The position numbers were made by a program, and so were the translations under genes. Below the pieces are notes generated by a model. It was not told the origin of the DNA and did not search any database. It was given only the letters and a program-made list of their open reading frames with translations. Below, piece after piece: positions 9,973 to 19,772 of a stretch of 47,186 bases of DNA. The stretch is from Nitrospinota bacterium (GTDB lineage Bacteria > Nitrospinota_A > UBA7883 > JADGGD01), in the NCBI GenBank assembly GCA_015229165.1, contig JADGCD010000002.1, forward strand, positions 1-47,186, in the 5' to 3' direction. Position 1 is the first letter of the stretch, and each line of letters begins with the position of its first letter.

Positions 9973-10518
9973 TTACCCGGTGACGATCCGGTCGTCGGCC
10001 TCGCCCACGGGGGCGATCCCCCGGACGTAGCTGTTCTGGTTCGGGGTGGCTACCACCTTCTCCTGCAGCTTGATGAGTCCGTCGAGGACCATCTCGGGGC
10101 GAGGGGGGCAACCGGGGACGTAGACGTCGACCGGGATCAGGGTGTCGATCCCCTGCACGGTGGCGTAGTTGTCGTACATGCCGCCGGAGACCACGCAGGC
10201 CCCGAAGGCGAAGACCCACTTGGGCTCGGCCATCTGGTTGTAGACCTTCACCAGGATCGGCGCCTGCTTGTGGCTGATGGTGCCGACCACCAGCAGCAGG
10301 TCGGCCTGCCGGGGGGAGAACCGGGGAAGCGCGGCGCCGAACCGGTCGATGTCGTACCGGGGCCCGGCCACGCTCATGAACTCCATGCCGCAGCAGGCGG
10401 TGATGAAGGGATAGGTGAAAAAGCTGAATTTGCGCCCCCAGGCGATGACCGAGTCAAGCCGGGTGACGATGGCCGAACCCCCCAGGGCTTCGACGGCCTT
10501 GTCGTCGCTCATTCCCAT
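9973..10518 (-). CDS. nuoB: NADH-quinone oxidoreductase subunit B (PSST, cluster N2)
   Basis: A 181-aa protein starting MGMSDDK. An alternative ATG at 10512 would give an ATGA overlap with the nuoA stop. Motifs: CCGMEF, GACVVSGG, PGCPPRP. The track ORF 9973..10947 is over-extended. Confidence 0.92.
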   Translation of the reverse strand: MGMSDDKAVEALGGSAIVTRLDSVIAWGRKFSFFTYPFITACCGMEFMSVAGPRYDIDRFGAALPRFSPRQADLLLVVGTISHKQAPILVKVYNQMAEPKWVFAFGACVVSGGMYDNYATVQGIDTLIPVDVYVPGCPPRPEMVLDGLIKLQEKVVATPNQNSYVRGIAPVGEADDRIVTG

Positions 10519-10862
10519 TCCAACGCTCCTTTTTTCCAGACGTACACCAGGCCGGTCGCCAGGATGAAGATGAACACCACCATCTCGGCGAATCCGAAGA
10601 GGCCAAGGGGCTGGAAGATCACCGCCCAGGGGAAGAGGAACACCGCCTCGATGTCGAAGACGATGAAGAGAAGCGCCACCAGGTAGAACCGGATCGAGAA
10701 CCGCTGGTGCGGCGAGTTGATCTGGTTCTCGCCGCACTCGAAGGGCTCCTGCTTCTCGCGGAAGGAGAGCTTGGGCCCCAAGAGCTCGGCAAGGCCGGTC
10801 ATGGCCGCCGCGATGACCGCCGCGACGCCGAACATGATCAGTACCGGAATGTACTCGTTCAC
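10509..10862 (-). CDS. nuoA: NADH-quinone oxidoreductase subunit A
   Basis: A 117-aa ND3-like protein (…FECGE…FDIEAVFLFPW…). It is the first gene of the membrane/connecting-module string. Confidence 0.92.
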   Translation of the reverse strand: MNEYIPVLIMFGVAAVIAAAMTGLAELLGPKLSFREKQEPFECGENQINSPHQRFSIRFYLVALLFIVFDIEAVFLFPWAVIFQPLGLFGFAEMVVFIFILATGLVYVWKKGALEWE

Positions 10863-10919
10863 CGTGTCCCCTTTCCGACCGGACGATTGAAACCGCGAAC
10901 CGCGGCGGGAAGAAGGGCA

Positions 10920-10947
10920 AGTCTACCATCGAATGGTTCGATGTCAA
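10920..10947 (-). promoter_or_regulatory. candidate sigma70 promoter for nuoA-N with an embedded palindrome
   Basis: On the minus strand: TTGACA (10942-10947), a 16-nt spacer, then TAGACT (10920-10925). This lies about 55 nt upstream of the nuoA ATG. The spacer and -35 region contain the perfect inverted repeat CATCGAA-N3-TTCGATG (10927-10943). Confidence 0.4.
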
Positions 10948-11227
10948 CCGTTCCGCCCCCCTCGCCGGGGTCCGCTTTCCGTTACGTTTTCCGCCGACGA
11001 CGACGCCCGAAAAGGCGCCGACCGGCTCCGCACGGGGGGCTTCGTCTCCCCCCGTTCATCCCCGCCTCCCTCCCCGAAGGGAAGGGGGCTGTTCCAACCC
11101 CGGGGAAGTCGTCCTCCCCCGCTTTTCGCTCATCGTATCCCCCCCGCGTCGGGGGAGTCTTCAGCGCTGCGCCCCCGTGGCCCAGGCGCCGCCCACGCCC
11201 CCCCGCGAGGGGTAGGGCGTCTTCCCG

Positions 11228-13699
11228 CTACGCCGGGCTCTTGGCGATCCGGATCCGGGTGACGTCGTCGCTCCGGTAGACCAGCTTGAGGGCCGGTTCG
11301 TTCTCGAAGTTTTTCGGGATGAAGACCGTCCCCGCGGGCGACCGGTCGCTGACCCGGACCACCGCCCGGATCGACCCCTGTTTGCTCTCCAGCGTCACGT
11401 CCTCCCCCTCGTCAAGACCGTCTTTGGCGGCGTCGTCGGGGTTGATCTCGACCCAGGTCCGCCCGTCGATCTTGTTGAGGGTGGCGCTGGCCCGGGAGAG
11501 CGACCCGAGGTGGTAGAGGGAGTTGCCGAAGTGGGCCAGGTACCGGAACGACTCCACCGCCGGTATCTTCAACGGCTCGGTGGTAAAGGAGACGGTCTTG
11601 GCCTCCCCTTTCGGGTAGGCGACCAGGGCGTCCCCCTGGGCGATCCGCTCGCCGGTCAGCCCCTCGTAGCCGGGGACGGTGGCGGCGATCTCGGCGGTGA
11701 TCCGGGCGGCGTCGCCGTAGGCGCTCTTCATCCCCAGCCGGGCGCCGAGCGCCGCGAAGATCTCCCAGTCGGCCTTGGCTTCGCCGAAGGGGGCCAAGGC
11801 CTGCCGCACGGCCTGAACGCGCCCTTCGTTGTTGGTGTAGCTCCCTTCCCGCTCGGGGGGGGTGCAGGAGGGGAGGACCACGTCGGCCAGCAGGGCGGTC
11901 TCGCTCCGGTAGGAGGTGGTGACCAGGGTGAAGAGGTTCCCCTTGATCGCCTCGGCCACATAGGCGCCGTCGGCGTGCTGGACCACCGGGTCGGCCCCGG
12001 CGACCACGAGGGCCTTGACTTTCCCGTCGGCCATGAGCCGGAAGAGGTCGGCGCCGTCGGCGGCCCCTTCGGCTTTCGCATAGCCGGGGCGGTGGCTCGT
12101 GGAGAGCCCCATGTCGTTGGTCCCCTGGGTGTTGGCGTACTCCCGCAGCAGCAGGCTTTTGCCCCCGGCGGCCTTGGCCAGCGCCACCACGGCGGCGACG
12201 ATGTCGGCCCCCATGGGGTGGTCGGCCACTTCGGCGCCCATGACGATGACCGGGCTCTTCCCGGCGATCCCGGCGGCGATGGTTTCAACGGTGGCGACCG
12301 CGACACCGTGGGCGGCGGAGAGGGCGGCGTCGGCCTTGCCGCTCTTGACGGCGCCGGTCAGTGCGGCCACGAAGGCGGTCTCGGCGCCGTAGCGGTAGCG
12401 GGCGGCCGCTTTCTCCACGGGGGAGAAGAGGGTGTTCCGGGAGTGGGCGATGTAAAGCGGGGTCTTGTTGTCCCGCATGATCATCCGCACCATGTTCCCC
12501 ACCACCGGGTTCTCTTTCTCGGGATCGGCCCCGAGGAAAACGATGGCGCCGGCTTCTTCAAAGGCGGCGTAGGGGGTCAGCGGGGCGTCGGCGCCGAACT
12601 CGTCGAAGAGCCGCGCGTGGAGCCGGGGGGCCCGCAGGTTGGCCAGGGTCTCGATCCGGGGGGTCTTGATCCCCTCGCGGGCGAGCCGCTGGAGCAGGTA
12701 GGCGTCTTCGTTGGTCAACTGCTCGCCGCCGACCAGGGCCACGCTGTCGGCGCCGTGCTGGGCGACGATCTCCTTCAGGCGGGCGGCGGCGGTGTCCAGC
12801 GCCTTTTCCCACGTGGCGGGCAGCAGCCGGACGCCGTCGCGGATCAGCGGGGTCTCAATGCGGCCGTCGGCCTGATAGGCTTCATGCCCGAAGCGACCCC
12901 GGGCGCACAGGTTGCCGTTGTTGACGCCGATATGGTCGTCGCTGGTGACCTTGGCTATATCTCCCTTTTTTTCGTTAAGCACGAGTGAGCAGCCGACGCC
13001 GCAGAAGGGGCAGGTGGTGACGGTCTTGGCGTACTCCCAGTCGTGTCCCTTGTATTCTTCGGTGTGGTCCTGGAAGGAGCCGGTGGGGCAGACGGCCAAG
13101 CACTGGCCGCAGAAGTCGCAGTTGAGCGGGATGCGGTAGGGGGTGCCCACCTCGGCCCAGAAGCCGCGCCGCTGGAAGTCGATGGCGCCGTTCCCCTGCA
13201 GCTCGTTGCAGGCGAGCACGCATTTGCCGCAGAGGATGCACTTGTTGAAGTCCCGCTCCAGGACCGGGTTGTCAATGAGGAGCGGCTCGTTGCGCCGGGT
13301 CTGGGGGAGGCGCCCCTTTTTCTGCTTGACGAAGAAGGCGGCGTCCTGCAGGCCGCAGTCGCCGGAGGCGTTGCAGGTGGGGCAGTCGAGCGGGTGGTGC
13401 ATGAGGAGGAACTCCATCATGATCTGCCGCTTCTTGTCGATCTTGGCGTTGGTGGTGGTGACGGCGTACCCCTTGGTGGCCGGCTCGCAACAGGCCCACT
13501 TGGAGCTCTTGCGCCCCCGGCTGTTGACGATGTCGACGATGCACATCCGGCAGCCGCCGAAGTGGGAGAGCTTGGGGTCGTAGCAGAGTCCGGGGAGATA
13601 GACCCCGGCGGCGACGCACGCGTCGTAGACTTTGGCCCCCTTCTCGACGGTCACTTCGATTCCGTCGACGGTGAGCGTTACGGTTTCCTTCTCGGCCAT
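11228..13699 (-). CDS. nuoG: NuoG-like 75-kDa subunit (2Fe-2S, His-ligated and Cys 4Fe-4S clusters, molybdopterin-oxidoreductase fold)
   Basis: An 823-aa protein with an N-terminal 2Fe-2S ferredoxin domain, HHPLDCPTCNASGDC (N5-type motif), CILCGKCVLAC and CDFCGQCLAVCP, and CPFCGVGCSL at the start of the Mo-bisPGD-like domain. I saw no Cys/Sec-His catalytic pair of formate dehydrogenases. Confidence 0.88.
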   Translation of the reverse strand: MAEKETVTLTVDGIEVTVEKGAKVYDACVAAGVYLPGLCYDPKLSHFGGCRMCIVDIVNSRGRKSSKWACCEPATKGYAVTTTNAKIDKKRQIMMEFLLMHHPLDCPTCNASGDCGLQDAAFFVKQKKGRLPQTRRNEPLLIDNPVLERDFNKCILCGKCVLACNELQGNGAIDFQRRGFWAEVGTPYRIPLNCDFCGQCLAVCPTGSFQDHTEEYKGHDWEYAKTVTTCPFCGVGCSLVLNEKKGDIAKVTSDDHIGVNNGNLCARGRFGHEAYQADGRIETPLIRDGVRLLPATWEKALDTAAARLKEIVAQHGADSVALVGGEQLTNEDAYLLQRLAREGIKTPRIETLANLRAPRLHARLFDEFGADAPLTPYAAFEEAGAIVFLGADPEKENPVVGNMVRMIMRDNKTPLYIAHSRNTLFSPVEKAAARYRYGAETAFVAALTGAVKSGKADAALSAAHGVAVATVETIAAGIAGKSPVIVMGAEVADHPMGADIVAAVVALAKAAGGKSLLLREYANTQGTNDMGLSTSHRPGYAKAEGAADGADLFRLMADGKVKALVVAGADPVVQHADGAYVAEAIKGNLFTLVTTSYRSETALLADVVLPSCTPPEREGSYTNNEGRVQAVRQALAPFGEAKADWEIFAALGARLGMKSAYGDAARITAEIAATVPGYEGLTGERIAQGDALVAYPKGEAKTVSFTTEPLKIPAVESFRYLAHFGNSLYHLGSLSRASATLNKIDGRTWVEINPDDAAKDGLDEGEDVTLESKQGSIRAVVRVSDRSPAGTVFIPKNFENEPALKLVYRSDDVTRIRIAKSPA

Positions 13700-13744
13700 G
13701 GGCTATGCGACCTTCTCTTCGTGGGTTCCGTCAGACGCCGGTAC

Positions 13745-15574
13745 TTACAGGATGGCGTTGAAGTTGCACTTGTCGTAGCAGACCCCGCACAGGATGCAGA
13801 GGTCTTTGTTCAGGTAGACGATCTCCTTGCGCTGCCCCATGATGGCGCCGGTGGGGCAGGGCTGGATGCAGGCGCCGCAACCGGTGCAGGCCTCCATCTT
13901 GATGACGTACTTGCGCAGCTCCACGCACGAGGCGGTGGGGCAGATTTTGTCCACGATGTGGGAGACGAAATCTTCCCGGTAGAACCGGACCGCCGACAAC
14001 GCCGGGGCGGGGCTCGATTTCCCCAGTCCGCACAGCGACATGCTCATGATGTAGTCGCCGTATTCCTGCAACAGGTCGAGGTCTTCCATCCGTCCCTGCC
14101 CTTTGGTGATGCGGGTCAGGATGTCGAGCAGGACGGTGTTTCCGATCCGGCAGGGGGTGCATTTGCCGCACGATTCGTCGGCGCAGAACTCCATGAAGAA
14201 CCGGGACAGCTCCACCATGCAGGTGGTCTCGTCGCAGACGACCATGGAGCCGGAGCCCATCATGGCGCCGGCTTCGATGAGGGTCTCGAAGTCGATGGGG
14301 TAGTCGAGCATGGCGGCCGGCAGACACCCGCCGGACGGGCCGCCGATTGCCACCGACTTGAATTCTTTCTTCTTGGGGATGCCGCCGCCGATATCGTAGA
14401 TGACTTCGCGCAGGGTGGTGCCGATGGGAACCTCCACCAGCCCGGCGTTCTTGACGGCGCCGGAGAGGGCGAAGATCTTGGTGCCGCCCGACTTGGCGGT
14501 GCCGAAGGAGAGATATTTCTCCAGCCCGACCTGGAAGATCCGGGGGACGTTGGAGAAGGTCTCGACGTTGTTCAGAATGGTCGGCATGTCCCAAAGACCG
14601 GCCTCGACCGATTGCGGCGGGCGGGGGCGGGGCATCCCCCGTTTCCCTTCGATCGAGTATTGGAGGGCGGTCGATTCGCCGCAGACGAAGGCGCCGGCCC
14701 CTTCCTTGACCAAAAGGTCGAGGCTGTAGCCGGTGCCGAGGATGTTTTGTCCGAGGTAGCCGGCCTTGCGGCACTGCTCCATGGCGATGTTGAGCCGCTT
14801 GACGGCCAGCGGATACTCGGCGCGGCAGTAGATGTAGCCGAAGGTGCCGCCGATGGCGTAGCCGCAGATGATCATCCCCTCGATGACGGAGTGGGGATCA
14901 CCTTCAAGCAGGGCCCGGTCCATGAACGCGCCGGGATCCCCTTCGTCGGCGTTGCAGAGGACGAATTTCTCGACGTTGTTGTACTTGGCGCACTCGCTCC
15001 ATTTCCAACCGGTGTCGAACCCGCCGCCACCACGACCGCGCAGCTTGGAGTCTTCGACGAACTTGATCACCTCGGCGGGGGTCATCGGCTTGCCGTCGGG
15101 GCGGCCGGTTCCGAGCATGATCTGCTTGAGGGCGGTATAGCCGCCGCTGGCTTCGTATTCTTCGAGGCTCTCGGGGTCGATGACGCCGGAGTTGTGGAGA
15201 ATGAAGCGGTTCTGCTTTTTGTTGAGGTCGAGCTCTTTCCAGGCGGGGATGCCGTCCCAGGCGGGTTCGTCCCCTTCCCACTGGGCGATGGCTTTCTTGG
15301 CGTTGGGGGCGCCGGAGAGCTGTCCGTCGATGAGCTTGCCGACTTCGTCGGCCTTGACCTTCTGGTAGACGATCCGGGCTTTGCCGGGAACGTGGATGTC
15401 GATCATCGGCTCGGCGAAGCACATCCCGACGCAGGCGGTCTGGATGATGTCGGCGTCGATGTTTTTCTCTTTGAGGTGGGAGACCACCGCGTCGTGAACG
15501 TTCACGGCGCCGGCGGCCATGCCGCACGTGCCCATGCCGACGTAGATGCGCGGCTTGTCGAGCTTCTGAGTCAT
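13745..15574 (-). CDS. nuoF: NuoF-like flavoprotein subunit with a fused N-terminal thioredoxin-like domain and a C-terminal 2x[4Fe-4S] ferredoxin domain
   Basis: A 609-aa protein from MTQKLDKPRIYVGMGTC (ATG at 15572-15574, with GGAGG 11 nt upstream). Core motifs: RGRGGGGFDTGWKW (FMN/NADH), CGKCTPCRIG (N3). C-terminal motifs: CTGCGACIQPCP and CILCGVCYDKC. The architecture resembles HydB/HndC-type NuoF homologues. Confidence 0.88.
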   Translation of the reverse strand: MTQKLDKPRIYVGMGTCGMAAGAVNVHDAVVSHLKEKNIDADIIQTACVGMCFAEPMIDIHVPGKARIVYQKVKADEVGKLIDGQLSGAPNAKKAIAQWEGDEPAWDGIPAWKELDLNKKQNRFILHNSGVIDPESLEEYEASGGYTALKQIMLGTGRPDGKPMTPAEVIKFVEDSKLRGRGGGGFDTGWKWSECAKYNNVEKFVLCNADEGDPGAFMDRALLEGDPHSVIEGMIICGYAIGGTFGYIYCRAEYPLAVKRLNIAMEQCRKAGYLGQNILGTGYSLDLLVKEGAGAFVCGESTALQYSIEGKRGMPRPRPPQSVEAGLWDMPTILNNVETFSNVPRIFQVGLEKYLSFGTAKSGGTKIFALSGAVKNAGLVEVPIGTTLREVIYDIGGGIPKKKEFKSVAIGGPSGGCLPAAMLDYPIDFETLIEAGAMMGSGSMVVCDETTCMVELSRFFMEFCADESCGKCTPCRIGNTVLLDILTRITKGQGRMEDLDLLQEYGDYIMSMSLCGLGKSSPAPALSAVRFYREDFVSHIVDKICPTASCVELRKYVIKMEACTGCGACIQPCPTGAIMGQRKEIVYLNKDLCILCGVCYDKCNFNAIL

Positions 15575-15642
15575 GGCTTGGAAAACCTCCACTGGGACAG
15601 ACGCTTCCCCGTCACGAGTGTCACGGGAAGCATGGAGCACGT

Positions 15643-15672
15643 TTTATATCGTTAAACCTTGTCCAAAGTCAA
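15643..15672 (-). promoter_or_regulatory. candidate sigma70 promoter for nuoF-nuoG
   Basis: On the minus strand: TTGACT (15667-15672), an 18-nt spacer, then TATAAA (15643-15648). It sits between the obg stop and the nuoF start. Confidence 0.4.
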
Positions 15673-15699
15673 GCGTTCCATTCCCCGGTATTCCCCTGT

Positions 15700-16914
<1,215 letters not shown>

Positions 16915-16955
16915 TCAGACATCATACGACACCCCACAAAGGGACGCCTTCACAC

Positions 16956-16984
16956 AAAAAGCCCGTCCCCCGAAGGGAACGGGC
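16956..16984 (-). terminator. Rho-independent terminator after rpmA
   Basis: Stem GCCCGTCCC / GGGAACGGGC (16961-16984, one bulge), followed on the minus strand by UUUUU (A16956-A16960). It lies about 20 nt downstream of the rpmA stop. Confidence 0.7.
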
Positions 16985-17004
16985 TCGACGGGTCGCGCGG
17001 TGGT

Positions 17005-17268
17005 TTAATTCGACGCCGGGGCGATGTTGATGAACCGGCGGTTCTTGGGGCCCCCTTCGGTAAAGGAGACGGTCCCTTCGATTTTGGCGAAGAGGGTGTG
17101 GTCGTTCCCCATGCCGACGTTGACGCCGGGGAAGAACCGGGTGCCCCGCTGGCGGACGAGAATGCTCCCGGCCGAAACGATTTCACCGGCGAATTTCTTG
17201 ACCCCCAGACGGCGCCCGACGGAATCGCGGCCGTTGGTGGTGCTGCCCTGTCCTTTTTTATGAGCCAT
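17005..17268 (-). CDS. rpmA: 50S ribosomal protein L27
   Basis: An 87-aa protein, [26 protein letters not shown].... Confidence 0.97.
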   Translation of the reverse strand: MAHKKGQGSTTNGRDSVGRRLGVKKFAGEIVSAGSILVRQRGTRFFPGVNVGMGNDHTLFAKIEGTVSFTEGGPKNRRFINIAPASN

Positions 17269-17332
17269 TCTTGCCTCCCGGGTAGCTCCTTGCCGAAGGA
17301 GCGTTATTTCGTATTAAGTTCTTGATCGGCGA

Positions 17333-17641
17333 TCAGTTGATCGCGGTGATCTTCAGTTTGGTCAGCGACTGGCGGTGACCGATCTTCTTCCGGCTGTTTT
17401 TGCGGCGCCGGTGGTACATGATGACGATCTTGGGGCCTTTCCCCTGGGCAAGCACGGTGGCGCGGACGGTTTTCCCTTCCAGCGCGGGGGCGCCCACCTC
17501 GACCTTCTCGCCGTCGCCGGCCATAAGGACCGGGCCAAGCTCCACTTCGGCGCCGACTTCGGCGTCGAGTTTCTCGACGGTAATGATGTCCCCTTCGGAG
17601 ACCTTGTACTGCTTTCCGCCGGTTTTCACCACTGCGAACAT
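17333..17641 (-). CDS. rplU: 50S ribosomal protein L21
   Basis: A 102-aa protein, MFAVVKTGGKQYKVSEGDII... (ATG at 17639-17641). The track ORF 17333..18061 is over-extended. Confidence 0.96.
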   Translation of the reverse strand: MFAVVKTGGKQYKVSEGDIITVEKLDAEVGAEVELGPVLMAGDGEKVEVGAPALEGKTVRATVLAQGKGPKIVIMYHRRRKNSRKKIGHRQSLTKLKITAIN

Positions 17642-17709
17642 GTCCGTATCGCTCCTTGTCGCCCTTCTCCGGGACCAACGGAGAACGGGCCTGATTTCGA
17701 AAAAGAGAA

Positions 17710-17738
17710 ATTGTGCCAAATCGGCAGGCTTTACGCAA
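17710..17738 (-). promoter_or_regulatory. candidate sigma70 promoter for rplU-rpmA
   Basis: On the minus strand: TTGCGT (17733-17738), a 17-nt spacer, then TGg-CACAAT (extended -10, 17710-17718). Confidence 0.3.
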
Positions 17739-17800
17739 CCTCTTTTTATCGGCGCGGCGCCGGGGCCGGTTGGGGCATGATGGGAGGGAAGGGGGCGACC

Positions 17801-18130
17801 ATGCGAAAACTGTTGATGATGGGGCTGGCGCTGACGCTCAGGTTGGCGCCTTTGGCGATAGCAGGGGGGGTAGGGGCTTTTTACTACTGGTACGCCTCCG
17901 GGGGGACGACGGCGACCCTTAGGCTGGCGGAATATTGCGACGCCCAACGCCCCGGCACGCCGGTGGAGACAGCCCGAAAGCGGGCCGAAGACAAAGGCTT
18001 CGAGATCATGCTGGAGCGGGAGGATAGCTTCTCCGCAATGGCCAGTGTGCTGATGTACCACCGGACTTTCTGCGAAGTCTCGTACACCGACGGCGAAGTG
18101 ACGGCGACGAGAGTCTTTACGATGGATTGA
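17801..18130 (+). CDS. hypothetical small membrane-anchored/secreted protein
   Basis: A 109-aa protein starting MRKLLMMGLALTLRLAPLAIAGGVGAFYYWY (N-terminal hydrophobic segment). A G-rich SD, GGGAGGGAAGGGGG, lies just upstream. GC3 is high. I recognised no family. Confidence 0.5.
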   Translation: MRKLLMMGLALTLRLAPLAIAGGVGAFYYWYASGGTTATLRLAEYCDAQRPGTPVETARKRAEDKGFEIMLEREDSFSAMASVLMYHRTFCEVSYTDGEVTATRVFTMD

Positions 18131-18136
18131 GAGCGC

Positions 18137-18721
18137 CTACTCTCCTTCTATCCCCCGGATCGCGGCGTCGGCCCGTTTGCCGAGGAGGCCGGTGAGCAAC
18201 TCCCGGACGCCGGGGGAAACCTTTTTCCGGTCGCGCCGCTTTTTCGTCAGACAGACCGGATTGGAAGCGAGGTCGAACCCGACATGAATCTTTCCGTCGG
18301 GGTCTTTGTCGCCGATGGTCAAGGGCCAGATGCGGCAGGGGAGGGGCTTTTCCTTCATCGGGTCGAGCCCGATCTCCAGACAGGCGGCATGCAGCGCGCA
18401 CCGTTTCTCCCCGGCGGCGACGAAGGTGAAGACGCAGTCCCCCGCATCGTTCTTGTCGATGACGAACCGGCGGGGATCGTCGTCGAACTCGTCGAAGACG
18501 TTGACCGGCGTGCGCCCCTGCATAAGCGTCGGGGCGTACCGGGCCGAGGCGGGCATGAGGCCGGTCATCCGCTCCATCTCGGTCCGGGAGATGTCCACTT
18601 CGAACCGGGCGCAGCAATATTCGTCGCGCTCTTCACACTTCTCCGGCTCGCAGGCGTACTCCCACGCCACCATCTGGGCCGCGTCGATCCGGTACTGCCC
18701 GACGATCACTTCTCTTTTCAT
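18137..18721 (-). CDS. Cys-rich conserved hypothetical protein (possibly DUF3109-like)
   Basis: A 194-aa protein with high GC3 and scattered Cys residues (CEPEKCEERDEYCC, CVF, CALHAACL, CRIW, C). The family assignment is from memory only. Confidence 0.6.
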   Translation of the reverse strand: MKREVIVGQYRIDAAQMVAWEYACEPEKCEERDEYCCARFEVDISRTEMERMTGLMPASARYAPTLMQGRTPVNVFDEFDDDPRRFVIDKNDAGDCVFTFVAAGEKRCALHAACLEIGLDPMKEKPLPCRIWPLTIGDKDPDGKIHVGFDLASNPVCLTKKRRDRKKVSPGVRELLTGLLGKRADAAIRGIEGE

Positions 18722-18742
18722 GGCGACGATTGTCGCACGGCT

Positions 18743-19708
18743 TCAGTCGGTGGTGTAGGTCGAGGCGCCATCCAGCGACGTGGGGCGGCTGCTCCCATAC
18801 GCGAGCGTCATCGATCCGCTGACGATGTCGTATAGGCCCCGTGCGGTTCCACCGGAGCCGACGAAGTCGATGGACGATACCCCTCCCGGTCGCGGCGTGA
18901 GGCTGACGCTCCCCTCCTCCACGCTGGCGCCGGTGTCGTCCTGAAACCGGTAGGTGACGTTCCCCGATCCACTGTCGCAGGTGAAGAGAATCTTCGCAGC
19001 GCCGCCGCCACCGCTTTTCGTCCATGTGCGGGCGAGGACCGGATTGGCGACGTTCCCCCGGTCGTTGCCGGGGTAGGGTTCGCACAGCTCCTGCCGGTAG
19101 GCGGCGCCTTGCCATATGCTGTCGAACTGGCTCTTGGCGGTGGGGGTGAGCCGGTCGTAGGGAGAGACGGCGAAGGGGTTGGAGAGGCCGTCATTCACGG
19201 CGAAATCGTCGATCTGATAGTGGGTCATGGCGAAGGTGACCGGGGCGGAGCCGATCCAGATGGTCTGGGCGCCGGCGATTCCCAACGGCTGACCGGCTAC
19301 CACTGCGGCGCCGACGACGATCCCGTCGAACAACGTCCCGACGTTGGTATAGTCGGTCCTGAGACTTCCGCCGTTGTGGCTGATGGCGATGGTGTGGCGT
19401 CCCGGCGTTTCGGTATCGTCGAAGATCGACTGAATCGTCCCATCGGCCCCGGCCCGGACGGAGGCGCCGATGGCGAACTCGACGTCGATACCCGGATGAC
19501 CGTCGGCGGCGTGTCCCCCGCCATGAACGCCGAAGGGCCATATGCCGTAGGCGACCTGCGCGGAATCACCTTCGGCGATGGGGAGGACGAAGGTGAGCGA
19601 CGCCGTCGGTGTGACGCCCCCGCCGGTGTCAGTGGCGCCGCCCCCTCCTCCGCCTCCACAGGAGGCGAGAAGGAGCAGCGATGCAGTGAGAAGGAGGTTT
19701 CGTTTCAT
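18743..19708 (-). CDS. lipoprotein with an M23/LytM-like domain
   Basis: A 321-aa protein. Signal peptide plus lipobox MKRNLLLTASLLLLASC, followed by a poly-Gly linker. It has the HxxxD-type motif GHPGIDVEF. The second HxH motif is not evident (THYQIDD). Confidence 0.65.
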   Translation of the reverse strand: MKRNLLLTASLLLLASCGGGGGGGATDTGGGVTPTASLTFVLPIAEGDSAQVAYGIWPFGVHGGGHAADGHPGIDVEFAIGASVRAGADGTIQSIFDDTETPGRHTIAISHNGGSLRTDYTNVGTLFDGIVVGAAVVAGQPLGIAGAQTIWIGSAPVTFAMTHYQIDDFAVNDGLSNPFAVSPYDRLTPTAKSQFDSIWQGAAYRQELCEPYPGNDRGNVANPVLARTWTKSGGGGAAKILFTCDSGSGNVTYRFQDDTGASVEEGSVSLTPRPGGVSSIDFVGSGGTARGLYDIVSGSMTLAYGSSRPTSLDGASTYTTD

Positions 19709-19772
19709 CGGCGGCTCCCCGGGGTTTTCTCCATTATGCTACCGTGGGGATCATTCCACCGTATCGTGACGG

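Noticed and set aside
6402-10947. 5'-extended versions of nuoI (6402..8195), nuoH (7088..8530) and nuoB (9973..10947) in the ORF track
   Set aside because: The extensions run through the upstream genes in another frame and translate to Arg/Pro/Gly-rich sequence. Internal ATGs at 6983, 8176 and 10518 give proteins of canonical length and N-termini.
8314-15655. Long plus-strand ORFs 8314..10686 (790 aa), 11510..12988 (492 aa) and 13043..15655 (870 aa)
   Set aside because: They are antisense to nuoD/C/B/A, nuoG and nuoF. They have the same degenerate composition and no recognisable domains.
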